This document shows, one piece after another, positions 1-10,089 of a DNA stretch of 64,000 bases (positions within the stretch are counted from its first letter, which is position 1; every line of letters starts with the position of its first letter). Source of the stretch: Candidatus Krumholzibacteriota bacterium (GTDB lineage Bacteria; Krumholzibacteriota; Krumholzibacteriia; JAJRXK01); contig CAWDWO010000026.1 of assembly GCA_963806035.1 (NCBI GenBank), forward strand, positions 64,001 to 128,000. The letters run 5' to 3'. The notes under the pieces were generated by a model. It saw only the letters and a list, made by a program, of their open reading frames with translations, searched no databases and had not been told where the DNA came from. A program made the translations under genes and the position numbers.

Positions 1-2
1 GC

Positions 3-899
3 GGTCACGTCGATTCCCTGCGCGAGAGAACTCCCTTGAGTACGCACTGGATCATCGAGGAATTCATGCTGGAGGCGAATCGCGCGGTGGCGGAGACTCT
101 CCACTCCGCGCAGCTTCCCCTGTTGTGGCGCGTGCACGAGGATCCGGACGAAATGAAAGTCAGCGACCTCGTCGCCACCTTGAAGGAACTGGGCGTGGAT
201 TGGTATCCCGACGAGCCGGTGGCGGGCAAGGACTACCAGGAACTCTTTCGCCGCGTGAAAGGAAGCCGGCTGGAATCACTCGTTTCGCTTCTGGCTCTGC
301 GTTCCTTGATGCGCGCTTCGTATCGCAGAGGACGCGGCAAGCACTTCGGTTTGGCCTTCGAATTCTACACCCATTTCACTTCGCCCATCCGACGCTACCC
401 CGATCTGCAGAATCAACGTTGGTTGCACGCACTCGTCGCGCGCAAGGGCGGCTGGTTGAACGACGCACTGAAGGAAGCGCGCGCTCTCGCCAAGGAGCCC
501 CTGGCCGAGGCGGCGGACTGGGAGGAGACCCTGCGCCTGGCCGATCACTGCAGCCAGCAGGAGCGCCGCGCCACCTTTCTCGAGAGGGACTGCCGGGACA
601 TCTGCGCCGCCGACTGGCTGGCCGAGCGGATTGGAGAAGAGTGGCAGGGGATCATCACCGGAGTCGTTCGCAGCGGTCTTTTCGTGGAGCTGAAGGGCTG
701 CGGAATGGACGGATTCGTGAGTGTTGCCGAGCTTTCGGGCGATTGGTATACCTACGACGAAAAGCGGAATTGTCTGCTGGGCGAACGCAGCGGGAAACGC
801 TATGGTCTCGGTCAGCCGGTGCAGGTCTTGCTAAGCCACGTCGATGTGCCCACGGGCCGGGTCTGGCTTCGGGACCTCAAGAAGGTGCCGGCGCGGTGA
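3..899 (+). CDS. rnr: Ribonuclease R, C-terminal part (RNB + S1 domains); 5' end outside window
   Basis: IIEEFMLEAN, HFGLA..YTHFTSPIRRYPDL RNB motifs and C-terminal S1 domain; frame open from window start. Confidence 0.93.
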   Translation, partial: GHVDSLRERTPLSTHWIIEEFMLEANRAVAETLHSAQLPLLWRVHEDPDEMKVSDLVATLKELGVDWYPDEPVAGKDYQELFRRVKGSRLESLVSLLALRSLMRASYRRGRGKHFGLAFEFYTHFTSPIRRYPDLQNQRWLHALVARKGGWLNDALKEARALAKEPLAEAADWEETLRLADHCSQQERRATFLERDCRDICAADWLAERIGEEWQGIITGVVRSGLFVELKGCGMDGFVSVAELSGDWYTYDEKRNCLLGERSGKRYGLGQPVQVLLSHVDVPTGRVWLRDLKKVPAR

Positions 900-924
900 G
901 AGGCTCAGTCAAAAGAGGTATGGC

Positions 925-1311
925 ATGAACGAGCGGCCGGCAGTGGAACGCCGCAAATCGGAACGCTACGACGCGCGCCTGAACTTGAAGGTCCACTTCG
1001 GAGTCGAGGACCTCGACGAGCAACTCGATGGCATCGCGACGATCAACGTGTCCGCTTCGGGACTCTATTTCGAGAGCGAGAAGTGGATCGAGCCCATGAC
1101 CAAACTGGCCCTGAGCTTCGACGTACCCGTCGATCCCCACGACGCAGAGAAGCTGGCCGAAGTTGCATGTGAGGGCATCGTCGTGCGGGTTGCACCGGAA
1201 GAAGAGGATCCCGCGGTCCCCAGCTACGAAATTGCGGTGTTTTTCACCACGATCGACGCGGAGAGCCTGCATCACCTGGAGAGCTACCTCAGCGTCCGCC
1301 TCAGCGCCTGA
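925..1311 (+). CDS. Stand-alone PilZ domain protein (putative c-di-GMP receptor)
   Basis: ERRKSER (RxxxR) and NVSASG (D/NxSxxG) motifs, CEGIVVRV strand; GAGGT SD before ATG 925. Confidence 0.85.
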   Translation: MNERPAVERRKSERYDARLNLKVHFGVEDLDEQLDGIATINVSASGLYFESEKWIEPMTKLALSFDVPVDPHDAEKLAEVACEGIVVRVAPEEEDPAVPSYEIAVFFTTIDAESLHHLESYLSVRLSA

Positions 1312-1439
1312 TTCGCGAGGCTTCAGCGATTTTTTGCGGCGGGGAAATCCCTAGACCGCCTATCTTCCCCATGGTAAAAAACAGGCCAGGGCCAAGTCCT
1401 GGAACCAGAGCGTTCGAGAGGCTCGAGCGTAGGAGCGCC

Positions 1440-3137
1440 GTGAGCATTGATCCTGTCATGCAGGGCCGGGGAACCCTGGCCGCGGAACTGAAGGACGCCC
1501 GCGCGGAGCTGGCGGCGGCGCACCGTGAGCTACAGGGACGGGTGGCGCAGCTGGTGATGCTCTACCGCATCGGACGCGATCTCTCCAACCACAGCAATTG
1601 GGACGAGGCTCTGGGCAAGCTCCTCGGCTCGCTCAAGAGCTTTCTCTCGGCCAAGGGCGCGGGCTTGCTCCTGTGCAGCGCGGGAGGGGAAACCGTGCAG
1701 GCGCGGCGGGTGGATGGACTCAGCCCCGAGGTGGTCGAGAGGGCGTGTCGCGGTCTCTCCGCCTCGCCACCCCGTCAGGAGGAGGAGCCCTACCTTCTGG
1801 CTCTCTCGGACATGATGGAGCACCGGCCGCTTCCCTGCGTCGATCGGAAGGAGCCCTGGGACGAGACGGTGGTTCCCCTGCGGCACCGCGACCACGACCT
1901 GGGTTATCTCCTCCTGGAAAAGCACTACGAGAACGGCGAATCCATCGCGCGCGACATCTACTTTCTCATCACCATCCAGACCATTCTCACCGAGGAAGTC
2001 GCGGGCGCGCAGGCGGTCAGCGAGTTGCGCAAACTCCAGCGATTCCAGGAGCGCACCCTGGACGAGGTGGCCAGCGCCATCGTCACCTTCGATGAACACG
2101 GGCGCCGGCTCTACGCCAACCGCAAGGGAAGAGAACTCCTGGGAGAAGAGGACACCGCACCGTCGACCCTGCGCATGGGGGGCGAGGCGGTGGAGCTTTC
2201 GGGTTGGGCCGCCCAGGCCGAGGCGGGGGCGCAGCTGGTGGGAGAGGGCTGGCTGAGCTTGCCCAAGGGTGAGTCGATTCCCGTCTCCCTGCGCGCCACG
2301 CGCATGGCGGCCGAAATGCCCGGAGAGCAACATCTGGTGGTGATCATGGAGGATCAGCGCGCCATGCGCGCCCTGGAGATCGAGCGGCGCCGCGTCTCGC
2401 GCCAGCAGGCCGATCTCATCATGGCCGCCGAATGGGCGCACGACGTGCGCACCCCGCTGACCGGGATCCTCCACAGCGCGGAGCTTCTGTGCGACGCTCT
2501 GCCGACGGATTCTCCCAAGCGAAGGCACTTCGAGGTCGTGCGAACCGAGGTCGGACGGATCAACGGACTGGTTTCCAATTTCCTGGACTTCGCGCGCCCG
2601 GTGGTGCTCAAACGCAGCCGCATCGACATGAGCGCTTTCTGCCGGGATCTGGTGGAGTTCATGCACGGTGCCGCGGAAAAACGCGGGCTCGAGTTGCGCT
2701 TCGTGGAAGCAAGGTCTGAACTCGAACTCGATGCGGACCCGAGTCAGCTCAAACAAGTCCTTTTGAATCTGTTCGAAAACTCTTTCGATGCATCGCCGCC
2801 GGGAGGAGAGGTCCTGCTGCGACTGGACGAGGAGCTCCCTCCGGCCGAGATATTGGCGCAGCGATCCACCTCCAAGGTGATCGTCCTGGAGGTGGAGGAT
2901 TCGGGAGACGGTGTTCCTCCCGAAGAAATCGAGCGGCTCTTCGTGCCCTTCTACACCACCAAGCCTGAAGGAACCGGACTGGGCTTGGCGATTTCCGAGA
3001 AGGTGATTCGTGCACACCACGGGCACCTTCGTTACTTGCGGCGCGCCGGACGCACCGTTCTGCGCGCGATCATTCCCAAGAGCTCGACCGGCGCGGCCAA
3101 GCGCGGCAGCAGGTCGAAGCTCCAAGCGAGAGGCTGA
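1440..3137 (+). CDS. Cytoplasmic sensor histidine kinase (GAF-like, PAS-like, HisKA, HATPase_c)
   Basis: H-box WAHDVRTPL, N-box QVLLNLFENS, DSGDG, FVPFYTTK, GTGLGL; AGGAG SD before GTG 1440; no obvious TM segment. Confidence 0.9.
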   Translation: MSIDPVMQGRGTLAAELKDARAELAAAHRELQGRVAQLVMLYRIGRDLSNHSNWDEALGKLLGSLKSFLSAKGAGLLLCSAGGETVQARRVDGLSPEVVERACRGLSASPPRQEEEPYLLALSDMMEHRPLPCVDRKEPWDETVVPLRHRDHDLGYLLLEKHYENGESIARDIYFLITIQTILTEEVAGAQAVSELRKLQRFQERTLDEVASAIVTFDEHGRRLYANRKGRELLGEEDTAPSTLRMGGEAVELSGWAAQAEAGAQLVGEGWLSLPKGESIPVSLRATRMAAEMPGEQHLVVIMEDQRAMRALEIERRRVSRQQADLIMAAEWAHDVRTPLTGILHSAELLCDALPTDSPKRRHFEVVRTEVGRINGLVSNFLDFARPVVLKRSRIDMSAFCRDLVEFMHGAAEKRGLELRFVEARSELELDADPSQLKQVLLNLFENSFDASPPGGEVLLRLDEELPPAEILAQRSTSKVIVLEVEDSGDGVPPEEIERLFVPFYTTKPEGTGLGLAISEKVIRAHHGHLRYLRRAGRTVLRAIIPKSSTGAAKRGSRSKLQARG

Positions 3138-3141
3138 TGGA

Positions 3142-4557
3142 ATGTCTCCAAAGAACCTGATTCTGATCTGCGACGACCAGGCCACGATTCGCACTTCGCT
3201 CAAGGAGACTCTGAGCGAGGCCGGTCACGAAGTCCTGGAGGCCGCCGATGGAGCGAGCGCGTTGAAGATTCTCGGCGAGAGGCAGCCCCACCTGGTCCTG
3301 CTCGATCTGAAGCTCCCCGACACGAGCGGGGTGGAGGTGTTGCGCAAGGTGCGGGACAGCGGAAGCAGCGTGCCGGTGATTCTGATGACCGCCTACGGAG
3401 ACCTGCCGACCGCGGTGGAGGCGATGAAGCTGGGCGCCTACGACTTCGTGCAGAAGCCCTACCGCCTCTCCGACATGCGGGCCAAGGTGAGCGGCGCTCT
3501 CAAGGTGCAGAGCCGCGCGAAGGAGCGAGTCCGCGGCAAGGGCGATGCAATGGGCGGACGTTACCTCGCCATGCTTCGCTCCACTCCCTGCATGGAGGAC
3601 ATCGTCAAGAAGATCGAGAAGGTGGGCAAGAGCCGCGCGGGAAACGAAATCTCGGTTCTCATCCAGGCCGAGAGCGGTTGTGGGAAAGAACTGGTGGCGC
3701 GGGCCATCCACGAGGTGAGCCATCCCGGCGCGCCGTTCATGGAAATCAACTGCGCGGCGGTCCCCGAGAGTCTTTTGGAGAGTGAGTTGTTCGGGCACGA
3801 GAAGGGCGCCTTCACCGACGCGCGCAGCGCCAAGGAAGGTCTCTTCGAGCTGGCGGGGCAGGGCACCATCTTCCTGGACGAGATCGGCGAGATGGGCGTG
3901 ACCCTGCAGAGTCGACTGCTGCGCGTGATCGAGTACGGACGGTTCCGGCGCGTGGGCGGCAAGAGCGACAAGGAAGTCAAGGCGCGCATCGTGGCCGCGA
4001 CGAACCGTCAGCTGGACAAGGCGATCGAGAACGGGCTCTTCCGCAACGACCTGTACTACCGGCTCCAGGTCATCGAGGTGAAGATTCCCCCGCTCAGAGA
4101 ACGCCCCGGCGACTTGAGGCATCTGGTGGACGTCTTCATCGAGACCTTCAACGAGGAACTGGAACTGTCCTGCAAGCCGGCCTCCGATGCTCTGCTGGAG
4201 GTTCTGCAGTCCTATCCCTGGCCGGGCAACGTGCGCGAGCTGAGGAACATGATTCGCCGTCTCATGATCCTGGAGGAACCCGAGGAGATCACCGTCGAGA
4301 TCTTGCCCGAGCACGTACGGGCCGGGGTGAATCCGCGCGACGGACTGGCCGACGACGTGCACCGCATCGGGCGGGAGATTCTGCCCCTGGCGGCGGTCGA
4401 GAGAATCCAGCTTTTGTATACTCTGGATCAGGTGGGACAGAACAAGAGCAAGGCGGCGCGCATCCTGGGGATCTCGCGGCAGACTCTGCGCGAGAAGCTG
4501 AAGAGCTATCAGGCCCAGGAAGTGGAGGAGCCGAAGTCCGGGGAAGCTCGAGCCTGA
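3142..4557 (+). CDS. NtrC-family sigma-54 response regulator (REC-AAA+-Fis HTH)
   Basis: Receiver CDD..LLDLKLP..MTA..QKP; AESGCGKE, GAFTDA, FLDEIG, WPGNVREL, NKSKAARILGISRQTL. Confidence 0.93.
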   Translation: MSPKNLILICDDQATIRTSLKETLSEAGHEVLEAADGASALKILGERQPHLVLLDLKLPDTSGVEVLRKVRDSGSSVPVILMTAYGDLPTAVEAMKLGAYDFVQKPYRLSDMRAKVSGALKVQSRAKERVRGKGDAMGGRYLAMLRSTPCMEDIVKKIEKVGKSRAGNEISVLIQAESGCGKELVARAIHEVSHPGAPFMEINCAAVPESLLESELFGHEKGAFTDARSAKEGLFELAGQGTIFLDEIGEMGVTLQSRLLRVIEYGRFRRVGGKSDKEVKARIVAATNRQLDKAIENGLFRNDLYYRLQVIEVKIPPLRERPGDLRHLVDVFIETFNEELELSCKPASDALLEVLQSYPWPGNVRELRNMIRRLMILEEPEEITVEILPEHVRAGVNPRDGLADDVHRIGREILPLAAVERIQLLYTLDQVGQNKSKAARILGISRQTLREKLKSYQAQEVEEPKSGEARA

Positions 4558-4620
4558 TGCCTCAGCTCGCGAGCTGAAAAAGCGGGCCCGCGCGATCTTT
4601 TTTCCCGCGACGGAGACGAC

Positions 4621-6119
4621 GTGGCGCAAGCACTGGCAATCGTTCTCAGCGATGATCCGCAGTTGAGGGAGTGGGCTCTGCAGTGGCAGCTCCGCGGACT
4701 CTCTCTGCGCTTCTTCGAAGACGCGTCCGCCGCACTGGCCGCGGCGCGCGAGGGCGAAGTTTGGCTTTTCGTTTGGGACGCCCGCAGTTCGACGCATTCA
4801 CTCGAGGCGATCCTGCGGCGCATCCGCGGCCTTCCTTCCACTCCGGAGTGTCTCTTGATCTCCTCACGCGAGATCGAGGGCGTCATCTTGCCGCGCGAAA
4901 ATCTCGTGCGCGGCGAACCGCGGCGCGACGAGCTGGCCGAGCACGTGGACCGGCTCATCCTCCTGCAAGAGATCCGGCACAACAGCGGCATCGTGGGTCA
5001 GAGTCCTTCGATCCACGCGCTCATCTCGACCATTGCCCAGCTGGCGCCCCTGGAAGTTCCCGTGCTTATTCGCGGCGAGAGCGGGACGGGCAAGGAACTG
5101 GTGGCGCGCGCCCTCCACGCGAATTCCAAACGCGCCTCGGCTCCCTTCGTCTCGGTCAACGTGGGTGCGCTCACCGAGTCCCTGCTCGAGAGCGAACTCT
5201 TCGGACACGAGAAAGGGGCGTTCACCGGCGCCACGGACAGGCATGCCGGAGTCTTCGAACGCGCCAATCACGGCACACTCTTCCTGGACGAAGTGGGGGA
5301 GATGTCGCTGGCGATGCAGGTAAAGCTCTTGCGGGTTCTGGAGACGAACGAATTTCTGCGGGTGGGAGGACGAGAGACGGTTCGCACCGACATCCGGCTC
5401 ATCACCGCGACCCATCGCAGCCTGGAGGAGGGCATCGAGCGCGGACGCTTCCGCGGCGATCTCTACTACCGTCTGAAAGTGGTCAAGATCGATCTCGTTC
5501 CCCTGAGGGAGCGCAGCGAGGACATCCTCTTGCTCGCCCAGCACTTTCTCAATCTCGCGAACGAGAATCACGGACTCTCCCGCAAGGGTTTCACGCGCGA
5601 AGCTTCCGAGCGCCTGCTGCACTACGCATGGCCGGGGAACGTGCGCGAGCTGCGCAACGTGGTGCAATCGACCGCGGTACTGGGGAAGGCCAACTATCTC
5701 ACCGTCGAGGACCTGCCGAGCGAGCTCACCGATCCCGGACACGAAGCTCGTCCCTTGCCCATGGCCTACGGCGGGCAGGGACAGATCCGGGGGGCGCGGG
5801 CGATCCTCTGCTCGCGCACACGCTCTTCTCGCTGGCCGCCGACCTCAAGGAAGTTCTGCGCCGGCTCGACCAACTCGAGGCGCGAATGAGTGGAGTGGCC
5901 GGCAAGGCCGAGGGTCCCGAGCACTGGCGCAAGGATGCCTCGGTGGCCGAAGTGACCCCGATCAGGGTGGACGTCAGTGGCGACCTGGAATCGGCGGAAA
6001 AGACCGTCATTCAGGCCAGTTTGAACCAAAACGGGGGAAACCGGCGCCAGACCGCCGAGCAGCTCGGCATCAGCGAGCGCACCCTCTACCGCAAGCTGCG
6101 CCGCTACGGACTGGGATGA
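4621..6119 (+). CDS. Sigma-54 enhancer-binding protein with degenerate receiver-like N-terminus; one frameshift near 5790
   Basis: GESGTGKE, GAFTGA, FLDEVG, WPGNVREL in ORF 4621..5889; Fis HTH (GNRRQTAEQLGISERTLYRKL) in the frame of ORF 4671..6119; G6 run at 5789-5794. Confidence 0.88.
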
Positions 6120-6242
6120 GAATTCGCGCTTTGGATCCGGGCTGGCGCGCACGGGGGCGCGCACGGTATACTCTCTCTAGCTGCCAATCACGTGCTGGAA
6201 TTCGACCCCTGTAGAATTTGACGTCCCTTTTGGGGAGGAACT

Positions 6243-7361
6243 GTGCGTACACTCGCCTTCTCGCGTCCGATTTCATACCTGTTGCCGCTGCTCGTGCTTT
6301 TGGCGCTGCCCAAGCCGGCTGCCGCCACGAAGTACGCCGGCGCGTTCATGGCTGATGGCGGCGGAGCGCGGGCTCTGGGAATGGGGAGCGCGTTCGTCGC
6401 GGTGGCGGACGATGCCAGCGCCACCTTCTTCAATCCCGCGGGACTCGCCGGACAAGCGAAGCGCAGTCTGCTCATCATGCACAGCGAGCGCTTCGGAAAG
6501 CTCATCAATCGGGACTTCGCGGCTTACGTTCAACCCTTGGGGGGAGACGCCGAACAGACTTTGGGTCTCACCGTCATTCGACTGGGTCTGGACAACATCC
6601 CCTTCACGGCGAACCTCACCAGCGTCTTGGACGATCCGGCCAACGGGGGCAACGGCGACGGGGTGCTGGACGACGACGAGGCGGCGCGAATTTTTCAATT
6701 CCGCGATCAGATCCAGTACAAGAGCGATCAGGAATGGGCGTTCATGGGTTCTTACGCGCGCAAGGCCGGTGCGTGGCGAGTTGGGGGAAACATCAAGGTC
6801 ATCCGGCAGAGCATCGCCGACTACAGTTCCTTCGGACTGGGGATCGATCTGGGAGTGCTGCGCAGGAACTGGTGGAAGAACCTCGACGTGGGCGTGAAGT
6901 TTCAGGACGCGACCTCGACCTACCTCTCCTGGAGCACGGGAACCAACGAGACCATCGCGCCCGTTCTGGTGCCCGGTGTCGCCTACGACTGGGTCGTCCC
7001 CTCGTGGAACCTGAGCATCCTGGCCAGCAGTGCCCTGGAGACTCACTTCGACAATCGCAACGGAGACATCCCCGAGGGCAGGGACGCCAACGGGGTGAGC
7101 GGAGCCGACCAGTTTTCCTGGAGCGGCTTGGGCATGTCCAGCGTCAGCTCGAACCTCTACCTGGGTCTCGAACTCTCGATGAGTCATCGGGTGGATTTGA
7201 GAGTGGGGAGTCACGGCGGTTTCGGGAGCGAGGACTGGACCTTCGGGGCTGGCCTCGATCTGAGGCCCCTGCGCGTGGACTACGCTTTCGCGGGTGACGA
7301 ACTCCAGCTCGACTCCTCCTCCGGTTTCACGCACCGCGTGAGTCTGGGAGTCAGCTTCTGA
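6243..7361 (+). CDS. PorV/UPF0164-like outer-membrane beta-barrel (FadL-like fold)
   Basis: Signal peptide; GARALGMGSAFVAVADDASATFFNPAGL signature; C-terminal THRVSLGVSF beta-signal. Confidence 0.82.
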   Translation: MRTLAFSRPISYLLPLLVLLALPKPAAATKYAGAFMADGGGARALGMGSAFVAVADDASATFFNPAGLAGQAKRSLLIMHSERFGKLINRDFAAYVQPLGGDAEQTLGLTVIRLGLDNIPFTANLTSVLDDPANGGNGDGVLDDDEAARIFQFRDQIQYKSDQEWAFMGSYARKAGAWRVGGNIKVIRQSIADYSSFGLGIDLGVLRRNWWKNLDVGVKFQDATSTYLSWSTGTNETIAPVLVPGVAYDWVVPSWNLSILASSALETHFDNRNGDIPEGRDANGVSGADQFSWSGLGMSSVSSNLYLGLELSMSHRVDLRVGSHGGFGSEDWTFGAGLDLRPLRVDYAFAGDELQLDSSSGFTHRVSLGVSF

Positions 7362-7371
7362 GAGGACCACG

Positions 7372-8001
7372 GTGCGCATCACCGCTCCGCGCATACTCGC
7401 GATCACGCCGGCGGATCAGGATCCCCTCCAACTGCGCGAGCTGTTATCCCAACTGCATGGATTGGTGGACGCGGTGCAGCTGCGCTGGCCGCGCATGAGT
7501 GCGCGCGATCTCTACACGCACGCCCGATCCCTCGCGCAAGTGACAAGGCGCCCCGCCCTCATCCTGAACGAACGCGCCGACATCGCCCGGGCCAGCGGGC
7601 TCGAAGGTGTTCAGCTACGGGATGACGGGATCGCGCCCTCCGACTTAGCTCCTTCGCTGCGCCCCGCGCTGGTGGGCGTCAGCCGTCACGGGCTGAGTGG
7701 TCTGCGCAGGCTCGAGGGGGCGGACTACGCGCTGCTCTCGCCCATCTTCGCCACGGCCAGCAAACCCGGAGCGACTCCTCTGGGACTTGCCGGACTGAAG
7801 CGCCTCGCCAAGGAGACCCGCTGTCCTCTGCTCGCTCTGGGAGGGATTCAGCCGGAAGATCTTGGACCGCTGCTGCGCCACGGAGCGCACGGAGTGGCCG
7901 TGCTCAGTGGGATTCTGGGCGCGGCCGATCCAGCGGCGCGCGCCCGGAAATATCGCGAAGCGCTAGTGGCGGCCCTGCGTGAGGAGCGCGCGGAAAGTTG
8001 A
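7372..8001 (+). CDS. thiE: Thiamine phosphate synthase / TenI family protein
   Basis: VQLR, GADYALLSPIFATASKPG, ALGGI, GAHGVAVLSGI motifs. Confidence 0.75.
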   Translation: MRITAPRILAITPADQDPLQLRELLSQLHGLVDAVQLRWPRMSARDLYTHARSLAQVTRRPALILNERADIARASGLEGVQLRDDGIAPSDLAPSLRPALVGVSRHGLSGLRRLEGADYALLSPIFATASKPGATPLGLAGLKRLAKETRCPLLALGGIQPEDLGPLLRHGAHGVAVLSGILGAADPAARARKYREALVAALREERAES

Positions 8002-8013
8002 GCGCGTCGCCGC

Positions 8014-9957
8014 TCAGTTCGACATCATCTCACGAATCTGCAAGTGATCGCCCGGGAAGATCCTGGACTTGCTGTCGAGGTTGTTCCAGCGCAACAGGTC
8101 GGTGAGCTGGATGCGGAAGCGACGGCTGATCGCGCTGAGAGTGTCTCCCTTGCGCACGGTGTAACTCGAGCTTCCGGTGTTCGCGGAAGCGAGCAAGCGC
8201 GCTCCCTCGACCTTCTTTCCCTCCGGTACGTGCAGGACGAGTTCCTGTCCCGGAAAGATGCGGTCGTGGCGGATGGAATTGATGCGACGGATCGACGCGA
8301 CGGTGCAGCCGCTCTCGCGGGCGATCTGAACCAGGGTATCGCCGCGGCGCACTTTGTAGGACCAAGCCGCCTGATCCGGCGGAGGCGGAGCGATCGAGCT
8401 GCGAGAGGACCCCCGCGAACTCGTCTCCGCAATCTGCACTCCACGCGGATAGGGGATGGTCAACACGCGGCCCGCGCGGATGCGGCGGGCATTGCTGATG
8501 CCGTTGATCTGCATGATCGAATGAACCGAAGTGTGGTAGCGGCGCGCGATCAAGCCCAGGGTCTCTCCGCGACGCAGGCGATGCTTGCGCCAGGTGATGC
8601 GTTCGTCTTCGGGAATCTTCGCCAGGGCTTCCATGGCGCCATCCGCCTCTCCCGCGGGTACGCGCAAACCGTAGTCCTTGCGCCCGGGAGGCGTGACCCC
8701 GGCCAAGAGTTGCGGATTGAGCGCGCGTAGGTCCGAGGTCGAAATTCCGGTGGCCTTGGACACCTGGCTCAGGCTGTAGGCGTCGTCCAGGGAGAGCCGG
8801 TCGAAGGCGAGCGGCTCTCCCTCGATGCCCTCGAAACCGTATTTCTCGGGGTTGCGGACGATGCGCGCGGCCGCGATGAACTTGGGCACGTACTCGCGCG
8901 TTTCGCGCGGCAGGCGCATGGTCCAGTAGTCGGCCTCTCCGGAGAGACCGATGGCGCGCTGGATGCGGTACTCCCCCGAGTTGTACGCGGCGAGCGCGAG
9001 CGCCCAGTCCTGGAACATGCGGTGCAAGAGCGCGAAGTGTTTCGCCGCGGCCCGGGTCGACATCTCGATGTCCCTGCGCTCATCGATCCACTCGTCCACC
9101 TGCAGTCCGCGGTGGCGCGCGGTGCTGCGCATGAACTGCCACCAACCCACCGCGCCCGCGCGGCTGCGGATCTTGGGCTGCAGCCCCGATTCGATCATGG
9201 CCGCGCACACCAATTCGCTGGGAAGGTTCTCTTCCTCCAAAATGGATGCCATGGTCGGACCGACGCGCTGGTAGCGGGCCAGCCAACGGCTGAACTGCGG
9301 GCGCCCTCGACCCTGGTAGTACTGCATCCACTTCTCGACCTTGGGATTGTCCACCGCCAAAAGAGCGTCCAGTGAACCCGAATCGGGTTGGCTCTCCTCT
9401 TGCGGCAAGAGGAACCCGGGCAGTCCATAGCGCGTCTGCAGACTGTCGTAGACATCCTCCAGGCTCTGGTCGATGGGAGCGTAGCTCTCCTTGAAGAAGC
9501 GCTCCTCGGCCAGGATTTCGCTGTAGTAATCCAGCTTGCGTCTCAGGGAGGAGAGATACAGGACGGCCAGGCTGTCGTCATCGGCGGCCTGGATACCCTC
9601 CAGACCCTGCTTGAGCAAGAGGAAGTGTTCCTCGGCAAGATCGAGCTGATCCTGGCTGTAGGCCTCGCTGCCGTGGCGGTAGAGCTCCTCGAGGGGCTCG
9701 AAATCGGGGTGGGAGCGCAGGATCTTGTCCTGCAGGCTCTCGTCCACCAGCGCGGGCTGATCGAGGGTGAGCGAATCCGCGAAATCCAGAGTCGAGTCGT
9801 CCTCCGCCGGGGCCTGGACGAGCTCCGTATTCAGCGCGGGTTGCGCAGCGGGGGGCGAAGTTGCGCATCCGCCAACCGCGAGCGCAAGAATGAGAGCCAG
9901 TCCGCCAAGGGAGAGGCGTGAGATGGATGAGCCGTGTCGTTGCGCAAAATTTCCCAT
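8014..9957 (-). CDS. mltD: MltD-like lytic murein transglycosylase lipoprotein (SLT + three LysM)
   Basis: Lipobox LAVGGC; IESG, GAVGWWQFM, DERRD, ALAAYNSGE, LPRETREYVPKF; LysM repeats (GETLGLIARRY, GDTLVQIA, GDTLSAISRRF). Confidence 0.88.
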   Translation of the reverse strand: MGNFAQRHGSSISRLSLGGLALILALAVGGCATSPPAAQPALNTELVQAPAEDDSTLDFADSLTLDQPALVDESLQDKILRSHPDFEPLEELYRHGSEAYSQDQLDLAEEHFLLLKQGLEGIQAADDDSLAVLYLSSLRRKLDYYSEILAEERFFKESYAPIDQSLEDVYDSLQTRYGLPGFLLPQEESQPDSGSLDALLAVDNPKVEKWMQYYQGRGRPQFSRWLARYQRVGPTMASILEEENLPSELVCAAMIESGLQPKIRSRAGAVGWWQFMRSTARHRGLQVDEWIDERRDIEMSTRAAAKHFALLHRMFQDWALALAAYNSGEYRIQRAIGLSGEADYWTMRLPRETREYVPKFIAAARIVRNPEKYGFEGIEGEPLAFDRLSLDDAYSLSQVSKATGISTSDLRALNPQLLAGVTPPGRKDYGLRVPAGEADGAMEALAKIPEDERITWRKHRLRRGETLGLIARRYHTSVHSIMQINGISNARRIRAGRVLTIPYPRGVQIAETSSRGSSRSSIAPPPPDQAAWSYKVRRGDTLVQIARESGCTVASIRRINSIRHDRIFPGQELVLHVPEGKKVEGARLLASANTGSSSYTVRKGDTLSAISRRFRIQLTDLLRWNNLDSKSRIFPGDHLQIREMMSN

Positions 9958-10089
9958 CGTGCCCTGAGAGGTCGAAAGTTGACTGTGAAGAAGGTGATTT
10001 GGACACACCCTACGGTTATATGCCTCAGGAGGGCAAGGAAGCTTTGTGCCGAAGTGGGCGGCTGGCTGTGTTAAGATCAATGCGCTGAG

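Noticed and set aside
10037..10051. Possible minus-strand sigma-54 promoter for mltD (CGGCAC-AAAGC-TTCC)
   Set aside because: Lacks the GC at -12; the nearby TTGC is 4 nt out of spacing.
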